DNA of 64,000 nucleotides from Monocercomonoides exilis PA203 (taxonomy: Eukaryota; Protista; Preaxostyla). Each line of letters starts with the position of its first letter. The first letter of the stretch is position 1. Below the pieces are notes generated by a model. The model ran no database searches, was not told where the DNA came from, and saw only the letters and a list, made by a program, of their open reading frames with translations. The position numbers were made by a program, and so were the translations under genes. This document shows, piece by piece, positions 47,677 through 59,628 of the stretch. Location: the NCBI GenBank assembly GCA_001643675.2, contig LSRY02000007.1, forward strand, positions 1,612,001 through 1,676,000. Direction: 5' to 3'.

Positions 47677-49164
47677 TGTTTTGCCATGTTTTTGTTTTTG
47701 GTTGTATTTTCGATCTCATTTTTTCCCTTCTCTGGAAGATGGAGCAAGCGAAAATTGAGCGAATTCAATGAAAAAGCATTCTTTTTGAGCATTTTCCGAA
47801 AAGTTGCCATTTTTGGAAGCATCTTTTGGAATTCATTTGTGGCCTTTGCCAGAAGTGAGGAGACTGAAGCAAAGGAAGAAAAGGAATAAGCTTCATCTGT
47901 TTCTTGGAGAAGGCAAGAAAGAATGTCAATAATTCATTTGTCCAACAGAAAAGAGTTGAAGATTCCACTTTCAGAAATGCATCTCACACTGACTCTTCTT
48001 CATTGAATTTCTGATTGGCAATTCATCCGCCTGATTTGAAGGAGCAATAGTTTTGTTGCGGAAAACAACAGAAATACTCCTAATTTAACAGCCATTTGAA
48101 TAAAAGAGCAGAAAGCAGATATTTGATGGTATTTGTATCTTCACAATCTTCTTCTTCAATCAAATCATCTCTCAAATAGCGTTTTTTTTTTCAAATTCTT
48201 CTGCAATTCATTCATCAATCGGCTCTGCTGCTGACTTCATATTCTCCATCTGCTTCACAGAGAATTCATCTTCTTCCACAAAATATTCCTCTGTTTTCAA
48301 TCACTTCTCAACACATCAGCCATCTCATATGAGAATCTCTATTTTATCGTTTTTTCTTCATTCCTTCATTCCTTCCAACTTCCATTAATATTATCATCAT
48401 CATCAAAGGAAGAACAAAAATTACAATCAGGAATTGTTGCTTCATCTTCGTTTGAAAAGAACAGTTTTGTGAACTTCCAACGCAAAAAACGAATTTGTGT
48501 TATTTGAGGAATGTTTTACTGTTGAAGAATAAAAAAGAGGCAAATGAAACCTTTTGGACAGAAAATGCAAGACAGTTCTGAGAATGTGATTTCTTCGTCT
48601 TCTTCATCACTTGTGAAGCCTTCTTTTCTCTTGCTCACTCAGAATGGGCTGTGGATATCAAGTACTTGATGACTATTTGAGGAGGCACATTGGAAGGAGA
48701 AAAAGAAGGAGAGAAAGAAGGAGAAAGAGCGATGGAAAGAGAAAGTGGGCATTTTTGGCTGAGAAGCTGCAACAGACAAGCCAATGGCTAAAAGAAAGCA
48801 TCATTTTCTTTTTAACCATATTCAACTCAAAATCATCTTTCCCTTTAAAGTGTTTTGATTTTTCTTTTGAAGTTCAATGAAATCAGATGGAATTTCGGAA
48901 AGCAAGGGAAGAAGCCGGAGGAACGCAAAACTGCTCAAAAGATCGGAAATAAGACTGAAACAGACGATAATTGAGCAGGCAAAAATTGATTTTGTTCATG
49001 AATCTTTTAAGGGGATAAGTCATTTGTGGAAGACTTTTCAAAAAGAAAAAAAAAAATAGAAATCAAAATATTTAGCTTATTTTTATAGCATTGCGATATT
49101 TCTTTTCCTGATGTTTGTGCCTTTTTGAAAATATCATGCAGGGCTATCATTTAGAATATTCAAT

Positions 49165-52100
49165 TTAATTTTTTTATTTTTTCTAGATTTTCAAAACTTA
49201 CTAAATTTCATTCATTTATTTTTGAGATTACTAAAAAAACAAAAAATCCCAGTAAAAGATAAAATATAAAAGAAAAAGCTGAAAGAACAAATTGCAATCA
49301 TAATAATCACTTTCTATTTTATATTCCTTTATCAAAATAGATAATTGCAATGATTTTTGAAATAAGATAAAAACTGAGGATAATCTAATAAAGGGTGCAG
49401 GAATTTTTCATTTTGAGTTTTTGTTTGCATCCACATCCATGGTGAGACGCTCCACCAGCGCAAAAGCTGCACTTTATATTGTTGCATTGCTGTTGCTTTG
49501 TGTAAGATGCCTTAATGCTGAGGGTAATGCCAATGAACAAATTCTGCAAAAAAGGAGCGAGGAGATCCGGAACAGCATGTTGAGCAATGCACATGAAAAT
49601 GTCGAGCGTAACAATAATTTTACTATTCATAGGGAAACGATTGGAAATGCAGTTTGCAATTGTATCTGCTGTGTTCAAACAAGTCTCAAAATCATCAACA
49701 GCTCGTTGTGTGCGAGCCATCTCACCATGGCGCCTCTCTGTGGATGCACACTCCTCACTTCTCGCCACCACTCATCCACCACCATCCGCTCCACCACCTG
49801 CCAGATCCACCTCCACCACAATCACAAACACCACCCGCTTTTCCTCTCTGCCCATAGCTCCCTCGCCCTCACAAACTTCTCTCTCCAAAACCCTCAACCA
49901 GCATTCCTCTCCTTCCCCCTCTTCTCCATTCCTCCAAATTCCCTCTCTTCCACTCACTCCCCAATCCCCACCTCTTTCTCCATCTCCCATTCTTCCTTCT
50001 CCTCCTTCATCTCCCTCATTCAACCCTTCCTTTTTTCCCCTTCTTCCATTTCTCCTTCTTCTTCCCTTATTCATCTCCATCTCTCAAACACACTCTTCAC
50101 CAACATCACCACTGCACCACAATCCACACACACCATTCCTGCCATTCACACACACTCACACAACTCATTCACCACAACCACAAACACCACCACCACCACA
50201 AGCACAGACACAAACACAAACACCAACATAATGCCCTCTTTTTTCCTTCATTCCTCTATCTCCGTCCACTCATCCATCTTCCTCCACACTCACAACCCTA
50301 TTGATGGCGCCATTCTCCCTTCTCTCAATAACCCATCTACATCTCTCTCTGCCTTCAACACCTCATTCCTCTGCCAAACGCGATCTTCACCAAATGAAGC
50401 TAAGGTGTATATCGGAACGGAATCTCAAAGAAAAGAATTAAGAAAATTGTCCTTTACTGATTTGAATAGCTATCAATTTGAATGGTGCGAATGGAATAAT
50501 TCATCTGGTGGGAATGAATATGGAGGCGCACTTAAAGTTAACTGCACAAATGCTAGCCTCACAATCACTTCATGCTCATTCAATAATTGCTCGACAAATG
50601 AATATGGTGGAGCAATACGTTGTGATTACCTGCTGAAAATTGACATTATAAAATCCAATTTCACCAGTTGCACCGCTCTGCATGGAGGAGCAACTTGCAT
50701 AGCTTGGCCCCAATCCAGTTCTGTTTATTCATTCTCAGAAAACAAAGTGGAAAATTGTTCAATAACAGATTGGTGCGGAACTGGTTGGTATTTTGCTCTA
50801 TATAATAATCAGATAAATTTTCAATTCTTGTTCACCAAATGTAAGTGCATTTCAAATTCTGGTGGTGATGCAACAGGTTCTCTAACATTTCATTGGCCTC
50901 CGAATAACAAGCCTAACCAGTTTTCAATCATTGAATGTCAGTTCATCCATAACAAATTAACTTCTTCTTCCACTTATGGTGGAGCAGGAATAGACTTTGA
51001 TGGAACTTATTCTTGGATGAATGGAATAAAATTCATCACTTTTTGCTTTTTCGATGGCAACTCCGCAACAAATGGAAGAGGAAATGATGTTTTCTTCAGC
51101 GGAAACAGCATCACCCAATCTCCGTTCGAGTGTTGCGGGTCAACAACTTTAACAAAAAGAGTCTGGAATTGTGAAACAGCTGATAACGCCAATTTCAACA
51201 GCTGGCTTCCAATCATCGACCAGAACAAAATCGTTGGCAACAGCGGAAGTGATTTCGATGCATGTGGCAAAACACATCAAAGCCCATGTGCCACGGTGGA
51301 GTATGCTCTCGGATGCATTGCTCCCTTCAGTGATGCCACCCTCTCTCTTCTCGTCTCCACTTTCACTCCCTCAAAGACTCTCACATTCCGTGCACCAAAT
51401 ACAATAATCACCGGAAATGGAACAGACGCCACAACCATCGCCTCCAGTGGAATTCCACAACCAACTTCTTCTTTCTCATCATCATCATCAATATATTCTT
51501 CTTCACCCGATCCATCTGCCTCGTCTGCCCTTTTCCAACAGACTCAGGGCTCCCTCACAGTTTCTGCCCTCGCCATTACCCACAACTCCACAAACCAAAT
51601 CACCCCCATCCTCTTCCACCTTTCCAATGACTCCCCTTCACTCAACCTCAACACAACCACCATCACCGGAACAACCTCATCTTCATCACCAATCACCACA
51701 CCCCTCTTCTTCCTCACTGCTGGCTCCCTCGCCCTCAACCACACAGCAATCACCAGTCTCGCCCTTAACAGCCAAAGCATCTTCCACCTCACTTCCCTCA
51801 CCGCTCCCCTCACCCTCAACTCCTCCAACATCGCCGATATCACCTCCACAGCTTCTCCCACCAGCTGTGTCCTCTCCTCTGCCACCTCCCCTGCCCTCTC
51901 CCTCTCCCTCACCAACTGCACCTTGACCAACATCAACTCAGCTCCGCTAAACCAACAGATTGCCACCGATGGCGGGTGCATCTCATTCGCCTCATCTGCC
52001 CCTGCCAACTCGTTTTCGGTGAGTGACACCACCTTCTCCACCTGCTGTGTGAGTGAGAATACAAGTTCTGGAGGAAGAGGCGGTGCTCTCATGATCGAGT

Positions 52101-55100
52101 ACAAGGATGATTCAGAAGTGTCAGAATCCTCCTTTTCCATCACCAATATCGTGTTTTCAACCAACAAGGCCAGCGTCGGAAGAGACATGTATTTTGTGTG
52201 TGAATCCCTTGTCGCTTCTGTGAAAGAGCCCATGTTCGCCTTCATGACAAGCATCACTCAGAAAGACAACTCGGCTGTTGGACATGACAGAACAGAAGCA
52301 TTCGGTGATTGGGATGTCGATTTATTCATATTTCTGGACGGATATAAAGCTGACAAGGTGTTTATCGATGGAACATCTGGGATGGAGGTATTGTATTGTG
52401 GGATTGAAAAGGTGCCATGCAAGAGTGTGGACTATGGGGCAGGGCATCTGAAGAGAGCACAGAATAAAAAGCAGGAAATTATTTTATGTGCAAACTCGTC
52501 TGTGGCAGGGTGCGTGGATGTGGGAAGAGTGCTTATAAAAGCAAAAGAGGAGGAAATGATAAGAATCGAATGCCAAAGAGAAGCGAGTGGGTCTGAAGAA
52601 TCCATTCTGAAGTCAGAATCACTGACAGAAATGGAGTTCATTGGGATTGTTGTTCCATCGAATTTTGAGAGGACAATCACATCAGTGATTGAATCAAGCA
52701 CTCAAAATGGGGAGTTGCACATGAAGAACTGCATGATGAGTGTGGTTGGAGGGAAGGAAAACACAATTGAATTTTCCTTGATCAAATCAACAGGGAAGAT
52801 GGTTGAACTGGAGTTTGTGACGATTACAGAAGTGAAATCATCTGTCTCGTTGTTTTCATTTTCACTTTTCTCATCAAACGTGAATGAAGGAGAAAATGAA
52901 GAAAAATACAAAGCGAAGCTGTTGAATTGTTCAATGGAAGGATGCATCTTTGAGCGTTCATTTGGTGAATCTCCATTGATGATATCTTCTTCTGCTTTGT
53001 TTGAAAACAGCAACTTTTCAAATATTGAGAACAAGGGCAGTGGAGAAGGAGGTGTTGCAAAAGTGACTTTGCAAAGGAATGAAGAATTGGTAGTTAAATC
53101 AACAAATGCATCATCTTGTTCGCTTTCATCAGGCAATGGAAAAGGTGGATTCTTGTATTTGAACTGTCAAAATTGTTTGAGTGAAAAACCATTTCTTTTG
53201 GAAACAGCTACATTTAAGAACAACAAAGCAGCCATTGGAAAGAATATGTTCATTTTGGGAAAGGATTTCAACAGTTCTGTGACAAATGACACATTCAAAT
53301 TTGATTATTCCTCAATGATAAATGACGGCAATTTGTTTGTCGGAAGTGATGAGTTTCATTCAAACAAAGATTTATTCATGTTTCTGATTCCATACAGTTC
53401 ATTTGAGATATTTATCTCATCGAATGGATTTGATGCTGCAAGATGTGGAAGTGAGGAAGAACCATGCTTCACAATGTGGAAAGGGATGGAAAACATGGAA
53501 AAGAAAATTGGAAAGAAAACAATTCAGATTGAAGGATCAACTGTTATTCAAGATTCATTCAATGTTTCCAATTATGAGATTAAAAAGAGTGTGAAGATGG
53601 GAGAAGAGAATGTGAAAGCAGAATTGAATTTTGAAAAGGCAATTGGAAGTCAACTGGAATATTTCATGGTAAATGTTATTCATCTTGAATTGACAAATAT
53701 CCAACTGAAACTGTCAACTGGATTTGACAACTCAGCCAAAACGATTATTTCAAACAGAAAAGGTGAGTTGACAATTACTGGATGTTCATTCCATTCAGAG
53801 GCAGAAGTGAACAATGGATTTGATTGTGTGTTTGTGGATGTGATTGGAGGCAGTGTGGAAGTGAATGATTTGTCGATTGGATCATGCAATGTTGGAGAAA
53901 ACATTTTTGTTATTAACAGCGCTGGAGTTTCTTGTCATTTTGTGAATGTTCGAGTGGAATCATTGAATGAAAGCAGAGGATGTCTTCTTCTGATCAAAGG
54001 ATCTGAATCAACAACAAAGATAAATGAAGGGGGTGAGGAAATGAATCTCAAAATTGATAATTCATCATTTTCAGGAGTGAAGAGAAGCGATAATGGATCA
54101 AGCATTTTGGAGTCAAAAAATGAGAAAAAAATAGATTTGGTTGTGAATGAGAGCAACATCACAGAAGACAAAGCAGAAACAAGTGAAAAAGGAGGGGCAA
54201 TATTCTTCACATTGGGTGCATCTGGATCAATGAAGATGATTGAGTCCGAAGTCAGACAATGCAGTTGCACAAATGGGAAAGGAGGAGGAGTGTATTTGAC
54301 AACAAAGGAGAGAGGGGAATTGAATTTTTCATTTATGGGAATGAAATTCAGTGCAAACACAGCAAAAGTGGGGAATGACATTTTCATTGAATGCTTCAAC
54401 ATCTCATCCCAGATCAACGAAAACCAATTTCAGTTTGATCTTCGAGAGAATCATTATTCGCGAATAAACGCGATATATGGAAAGGATTCATGTGATTATC
54501 AGAGCGACACTGATCTGATTGATTTTGTGACGATTCATCAGGGTGACACGATCATTGTGAGCAGTGTGAATGGATCGAATGAGAGACAATGTGGAACAAA
54601 CACACTTCCGTGTTATTCGATTGATTATGGACTGATACATATGACCTCAGATTTCATGAGTGTAATGATTGTTGTTGAAAAGAGTACGATTGATGGAGAG
54701 ATTAATCTGGAGGAGATGAGTTTAAGTTCGAAGAGCAGAAATTTGTGTGAAGTTGAAGTTGAAACAGAGATTGAAAGAACAAGAGAGGCTTTGGTGGCAA
54801 CAGATGGAACAGTTTCATTGTTGAGAATAGGATTTGTATTTGATTCAAATTTCGCTTCCACACATGAATCACTGATATCACCAGAGGGAGGGATTCTTGA
54901 GATAATGAATTGTTCATTCACTGCAAAACAATTGATAGAAGAAGTTAACGTAGCTTTTGCAAACATTCAATTTTATATAATTAAAATGGAAAAAGGAGAA
55001 TTGCAACTTATAGAATGTTCAATATCAAATCTCATTCTTCAAGAATCTGCATTATATCTTTCGTCACAACTTCCATCGGTGATTGATTCATTAACGATTT

Positions 55101-58100
55101 TAAATTCAACAATAAAAACTTCTCTGATTGATATAAATGAATGTGAACGATTGAATATGGAGAAGTTTCATACAGAAAACATCACAGTTGAAGGAAATGA
55201 AGAATCATTGATATCTTGCTTATCAATAAAAAAGACAATTCAATTGGCAAATTGCACAATGAATGGAGTTAGTTCAAACACCACAAAAGGAAAATTGATG
55301 AAATTGGAGGATTGCACAGATGTGAAAATAGACAGCTGCATTTTCGATGGGAGTTCAAATGAAAGAAATGAGCAATATTTGAATAGAGAAGTTGAGATGT
55401 GCAGATGGGATGGATCTCTTGTGGATATTGTGAAGAGTTCTGTAATGATGAAAGATACAACAATCTCGAATTCACCTGAAGGTGGAGTCACAATGAGTGG
55501 GGGAAATGCGATAATTGAGAAAGGAGAATTAATAAACAATAATCCATCGATTGAAGGATATTCATCGTTGAGAAGAAATATCATCTGTTCCGATTCAGGA
55601 ATATTGAATGTGATGAGTTTGAAAGGAGGAGATGGATTGAAGGATAACTCCTCACTTTGGATGTTGAATGAAGGGTGCAGTTTTGAAGGGATTGTTCCAG
55701 AAAGGGATTCATCATTCTATATTCCTGTGTTAGAGAGTGTTGAGGCAAAAGAAGATACAGACAGAATGAAGTTGACATTCAAAGGATTACTTCTTATTCT
55801 ATGCAATCTGTCATTCGCAGTTGTGAAGAGAAAAGGAGAAGAGAAAGATGTTGAAAAGCATGATTTTGATTCAAATGGATTCTTATCAGAAAGAGAAGTT
55901 GAAGGGAGTGTGGTAAAAGATCTCATCAGCAGTTGTGGAGACGAAATCGAAGTGAGCGTGCATATTTTGTTTGGAAACTCAAATTCTCCATCTTCGACAA
56001 ACTCATTTATTTTGAAAAATGCGAGTATCACTCCACCAAAAGGAGATGAAAGAAATGTTGAAAGTGGGAAAGAAGAAAAATCATCATGGGCATTGGTTGT
56101 GATTGTGATATTTGCAATAATGTTTCTGATTGTTCTGATTGTATCAATTATATTCATTGTTCGGTGGAGGAAGGCGAAGAATGATGCAGAAGATCTGAGA
56201 GAGATCGTGAACGATAACATCAGAAAAGATCCGAAGGCATTTGAGATGGTGACGATGGAGATGTCACCAGAGGCGCAGTGGAGAAGAGCAGAAAGGGAGG
56301 CAGAGAAAAAGAACGAAGAAAACATAAAGAAAAGAATAAATGGAAAAGAGATGGTTCATTCAGAGTCTGAAGAGTATTTGCTGGCTGAAAGCGGATCAAC
56401 TGAATATATATTGGGGAGAGATTCAGATAAGATTCCTGATTGGGCATTGGAGAAGGTTGATGAGAAAGAAGAAGAAGATATTTCGAGAAAGAGAACTTCA
56501 TCACCTTCCATTTCTTCAACATGTTCAACTGATTCAGATTCCACTTTTGTTCGAGGGGAGGATCTGTGCCCGACCACCTCGTCGATGTCGAATCTGGTGG
56601 ATGCGATTGCCTGTTCATCGCCTCATGAGAAATTGATTGTGGATCTGCGAGATTCTCTGTTCATGTTGTTGCACGGAAGGAACGAGAAGAAAGAGATGGC
56701 GATAGGCACATTGACTGAGAGAGAGCACACAGCTGCGCAGGTGTTGTTCTGGGTAGCGAATGGGGCTCTCCATTCATTTGATGAAATGGAAAATCCTCTT
56801 CAGTCATTGTCCAGTCTGAGTCCGCACATTGTGTTGTTCTCTGAGCATATGGTGATCTGCATTGTGATGCATTCAGATTTGCTTTCATCTGATGATTCTG
56901 ATTCATCATCCATCTCTTCATCGACTGTTGTGACATCTGCAAGTGATAATGATAATGATGAAAGTGACTCGTTGCCATCATCTGCGTTTGAGGACGAGGA
57001 TGACAATTTCAAAAAAGAGTGTCTGAGATGGAAGGCGCCTGAGCTGCTGATGAACAAGAAGAGGGAAGCAACGAAGGAGTCGGTGGCATTCTCGATTGGG
57101 ATGATGCTGTGGGAGTGCCTGACGCTTCATATTCCGTTTGGGGAATATGAGGCAGAAATTGCTGGACAAAAGATTGTGAATGGGGAGCGTCCGAATGTTG
57201 GGGTGGTTGAGTGCGAGTGGGGAAGAGAGTTTGTGAAGAAGTGTGTACTGGGGGATTTGACAGAGAGGCCGACGCTGACAGATGTGAAGCGGTGGCTGGT
57301 TGGGCACTTTCCAGAAGAAGCAATAATTGTGACAGCGACAGATGCAATATTCACCGAAGACTGAATGGGAGCAGTGGACGAAGAAGAAAGTTCACGAGGG
57401 GATGAAAATTAGATGAGCATGCGAATGCTTTGAATCATCTATTGGAACAGTCAAGAGTTGCAAAAAGCAGTGTTGAAAAGAAACTGTCACTGTGCATGGG
57501 GAAGGGGAGAAAAAAGAAAATGAAAGGCTGCTGGCTATAAAAAAGAAAAGCGTCGCACCTCCACAAACACATCAATTTTGATTTTATTTTGGTTGTTGTT
57601 GTTGTTGTAATTCACATTTTTGTTTGTATTTTTGTCACCCGTCTGAAGCCTGGAAGCCATTTCGAGTTTTCACATCGCCTCTTCATTTTGTCGATGCTTT
57701 TGCGATGCTGAGGGTTTCGAATGCCGATCAATCATGAGGAGTCTTTTTGCTAATGAGATGTTCTTTTGATGATCAGATTGGCTGTTTGAATCCTTTTGTC
57801 ACTTTTTGCATCGATATTTGTGATCTCACTTGTCTCTTTTTGTTTTGTTTATTTGTTTCTTCACTGTTTCAGTGTTTAATATTTTGAAACATAACAACTG
57901 TGTTTTGAGATATGCTTCTTTAAATGTTTTGACAAATAATTTCTTTCACTCACTTTTTCTTTTTCGAATGGTTGAATTGTTCGTGTTTTTTTGTTTGCTT
58001 GTTTTTTAATATTTTTATTTGTATTTCTGATTTTTATGTGTGTAACTCTCTTGTTGATGTGCCTCACACATTGGTTTTTCACAACACTTTTTATAGTCAG

Positions 58101-58722
58101 CAATGGCCGCTTCATTTTCAGAAGGAAAAGCGATCATTGAAGCAGATAAAACACGACGAACGTGCTTTTTCAATGCTTGAAGAGGGTGCTTCTTTTTTTT
58201 TTCAATATGAATATCTCGGATGATTGTTGTTGGAAGATCAAAATAAAGTTGATTTGTTTGAATATCTTTTCTATATGGAAACCATCTTTGCGCTTTGAAA
58301 TAATTCAATTGTCAATAACTTTTTGGAATCAACTGGCTCTCTTTTGTTCACAAGCATTTTAATTTGAAATTTTTTCATATTCCATTGATTTTGAAATCAT
58401 CTTTTTTAATCATTTTATACACATCATAAATTCTTTCTTTCATTGATTTTCTTTCAATGCTTTCAAAAAACTCTCCAACGTCATCATGTTTGTGTTTTTT
58501 TCATTTGTTTTGTCAAATAAATCTCTCATTCAAAGAAATAAGAAATAATATTTGGTATTTTATCTATTCATTAAAAACGAATATTAGTAATTGTCAAACT
58601 TCATTCTCCTCAAAAAAAAAACATCCTCGTTTTAAAAAAGATTCATATTTTTTATGTTTTTTTATTGATTGTTGAACTTCTATTACTCAAAATGAGCTGC
58701 TGAGGAAGCAAAGCGGAATGAA
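49165..58722 (+). repeat. segmental duplication copy 2 (empty DIRS site)
   Basis: Direct-orientation homolog of 16885-26374 joined to 32008-32078. Confidence 0.9.
49439..57364 (+). CDS. giant single-pass surface receptor with pseudokinase (copy 2, paralog of 17157..25073)
   Basis: Same architecture and collinear with copy 1; first ATG 49439; intact ORF ending in TGA. Confidence 0.9.
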   Translation: MVRRSTSAKAALYIVALLLLCVRCLNAEGNANEQILQKRSEEIRNSMLSNAHENVERNNNFTIHRETIGNAVCNCICCVQTSLKIINSSLCASHLTMAPLCGCTLLTSRHHSSTTIRSTTCQIHLHHNHKHHPLFLSAHSSLALTNFSLQNPQPAFLSFPLFSIPPNSLSSTHSPIPTSFSISHSSFSSFISLIQPFLFSPSSISPSSSLIHLHLSNTLFTNITTAPQSTHTIPAIHTHSHNSFTTTTNTTTTTSTDTNTNTNIMPSFFLHSSISVHSSIFLHTHNPIDGAILPSLNNPSTSLSAFNTSFLCQTRSSPNEAKVYIGTESQRKELRKLSFTDLNSYQFEWCEWNNSSGGNEYGGALKVNCTNASLTITSCSFNNCSTNEYGGAIRCDYLLKIDIIKSNFTSCTALHGGATCIAWPQSSSVYSFSENKVENCSITDWCGTGWYFALYNNQINFQFLFTKCKCISNSGGDATGSLTFHWPPNNKPNQFSIIECQFIHNKLTSSSTYGGAGIDFDGTYSWMNGIKFITFCFFDGNSATNGRGNDVFFSGNSITQSPFECCGSTTLTKRVWNCETADNANFNSWLPIIDQNKIVGNSGSDFDACGKTHQSPCATVEYALGCIAPFSDATLSLLVSTFTPSKTLTFRAPNTIITGNGTDATTIASSGIPQPTSSFSSSSSIYSSSPDPSASSALFQQTQGSLTVSALAITHNSTNQITPILFHLSNDSPSLNLNTTTITGTTSSSSPITTPLFFLTAGSLALNHTAITSLALNSQSIFHLTSLTAPLTLNSSNIADITSTASPTSCVLSSATSPALSLSLTNCTLTNINSAPLNQQIATDGGCISFASSAPANSFSVSDTTFSTCCVSENTSSGGRGGALMIEYKDDSEVSESSFSITNIVFSTNKASVGRDMYFVCESLVASVKEPMFAFMTSITQKDNSAVGHDRTEAFGDWDVDLFIFLDGYKADKVFIDGTSGMEVLYCGIEKVPCKSVDYGAGHLKRAQNKKQEIILCANSSVAGCVDVGRVLIKAKEEEMIRIECQREASGSEESILKSESLTEMEFIGIVVPSNFERTITSVIESSTQNGELHMKNCMMSVVGGKENTIEFSLIKSTGKMVELEFVTITEVKSSVSLFSFSLFSSNVNEGENEEKYKAKLLNCSMEGCIFERSFGESPLMISSSALFENSNFSNIENKGSGEGGVAKVTLQRNEELVVKSTNASSCSLSSGNGKGGFLYLNCQNCLSEKPFLLETATFKNNKAAIGKNMFILGKDFNSSVTNDTFKFDYSSMINDGNLFVGSDEFHSNKDLFMFLIPYSSFEIFISSNGFDAARCGSEEEPCFTMWKGMENMEKKIGKKTIQIEGSTVIQDSFNVSNYEIKKSVKMGEENVKAELNFEKAIGSQLEYFMVNVIHLELTNIQLKLSTGFDNSAKTIISNRKGELTITGCSFHSEAEVNNGFDCVFVDVIGGSVEVNDLSIGSCNVGENIFVINSAGVSCHFVNVRVESLNESRGCLLLIKGSESTTKINEGGEEMNLKIDNSSFSGVKRSDNGSSILESKNEKKIDLVVNESNITEDKAETSEKGGAIFFTLGASGSMKMIESEVRQCSCTNGKGGGVYLTTKERGELNFSFMGMKFSANTAKVGNDIFIECFNISSQINENQFQFDLRENHYSRINAIYGKDSCDYQSDTDLIDFVTIHQGDTIIVSSVNGSNERQCGTNTLPCYSIDYGLIHMTSDFMSVMIVVEKSTIDGEINLEEMSLSSKSRNLCEVEVETEIERTREALVATDGTVSLLRIGFVFDSNFASTHESLISPEGGILEIMNCSFTAKQLIEEVNVAFANIQFYIIKMEKGELQLIECSISNLILQESALYLSSQLPSVIDSLTILNSTIKTSLIDINECERLNMEKFHTENITVEGNEESLISCLSIKKTIQLANCTMNGVSSNTTKGKLMKLEDCTDVKIDSCIFDGSSNERNEQYLNREVEMCRWDGSLVDIVKSSVMMKDTTISNSPEGGVTMSGGNAIIEKGELINNNPSIEGYSSLRRNIICSDSGILNVMSLKGGDGLKDNSSLWMLNEGCSFEGIVPERDSSFYIPVLESVEAKEDTDRMKLTFKGLLLILCNLSFAVVKRKGEEKDVEKHDFDSNGFLSEREVEGSVVKDLISSCGDEIEVSVHILFGNSNSPSSTNSFILKNASITPPKGDERNVESGKEEKSSWALVVIVIFAIMFLIVLIVSIIFIVRWRKAKNDAEDLREIVNDNIRKDPKAFEMVTMEMSPEAQWRRAEREAEKKNEENIKKRINGKEMVHSESEEYLLAESGSTEYILGRDSDKIPDWALEKVDEKEEEDISRKRTSSPSISSTCSTDSDSTFVRGEDLCPTTSSMSNLVDAIACSSPHEKLIVDLRDSLFMLLHGRNEKKEMAIGTLTEREHTAAQVLFWVANGALHSFDEMENPLQSLSSLSPHIVLFSEHMVICIVMHSDLLSSDDSDSSSISSSTVVTSASDNDNDESDSLPSSAFEDEDDNFKKECLRWKAPELLMNKKREATKESVAFSIGMMLWECLTLHIPFGEYEAEIAGQKIVNGERPNVGVVECEWGREFVKKCVLGDLTERPTLTDVKRWLVGHFPEEAIIVTATDAIFTED

Positions 58723-59628
58723 ATATTTTCAAAACATTCAAAAATCCATCTATGCTCAATAAGAAGCAGAGAATGAAGAAGGACCCTTCAAAAAATGAAT
58801 CAGCTTTCTATGCTTTAAGTGAAAATGCTGATCAACAATTTGATTGCATGATATAAGTTATAAAAGATTCAAAGGACTTTTTTCTATAATATTAGTATTC
58901 ACTTAACACATGATTCAAAATAATAATGTTTTTTATATTGAATTAAATTTGAAAAACAATTACGATGTAGTTATTTTGTATTGTCCAGAATTTTTTCCTC
59001 CTTTCATTTCCTTTATATTTTGATATTTCCTGGTCGTTGTTGAAATATTCAAATTTTCTCTTCTTTCATCTGAAGCTGAATTTATAATCATTTATCTTGA
59101 CTATTTGAATTGTTTTTGCCAATTTATGAATAATTCTCGATTTATTTTATATCAATATTAATTCAAAAATATGCAATGGGAACAAAACGCAATCATTTCC
59201 TTCATTTTTTTAGAAATTTCAATTTGATCGAGAAATAATTTTATTTAATGGAAAAAGAAACATTTTTCAATACATAACTTCCATTACTGGAAAAATTGAC
59301 AAGAAGGAATAGAAATGTTTCTAAATGCAAAATCCATCATTCAACCTGAAAATATATCAAAAACAAAATTAAAAAAAATTGTTGCAGACATGTGCAAAGG
59401 CAATCAGCATCTTTGATAGTTCAACTTCCCAAAATAATAGTTAGGGAAAAAACCCGCACAAAATACGAAACCTGTGCACATGGCCTCATAATTATTAAAT
59501 AACTTTACACATCACCAATATTCATTTTTTTCTGCTCAATTTGAACTTTATTAAGTATATTTTCAGTTTTTTTCAAAAAATAATATAATTAAAGGTTTTC
59601 TGAACCATAACATTTATCTTAAAAAGCA

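Noticed and set aside
47459-47889. Poly-Leu, poly-Phe, poly-Ser and poly-Lys ORFs
   Set aside because: Frames of a trinucleotide low-complexity tract.
59441-59446. TTAGGG telomeric repeat or pogo TIR start
   Set aside because: Single occurrence; no matching inverted end was found downstream of the transposase.
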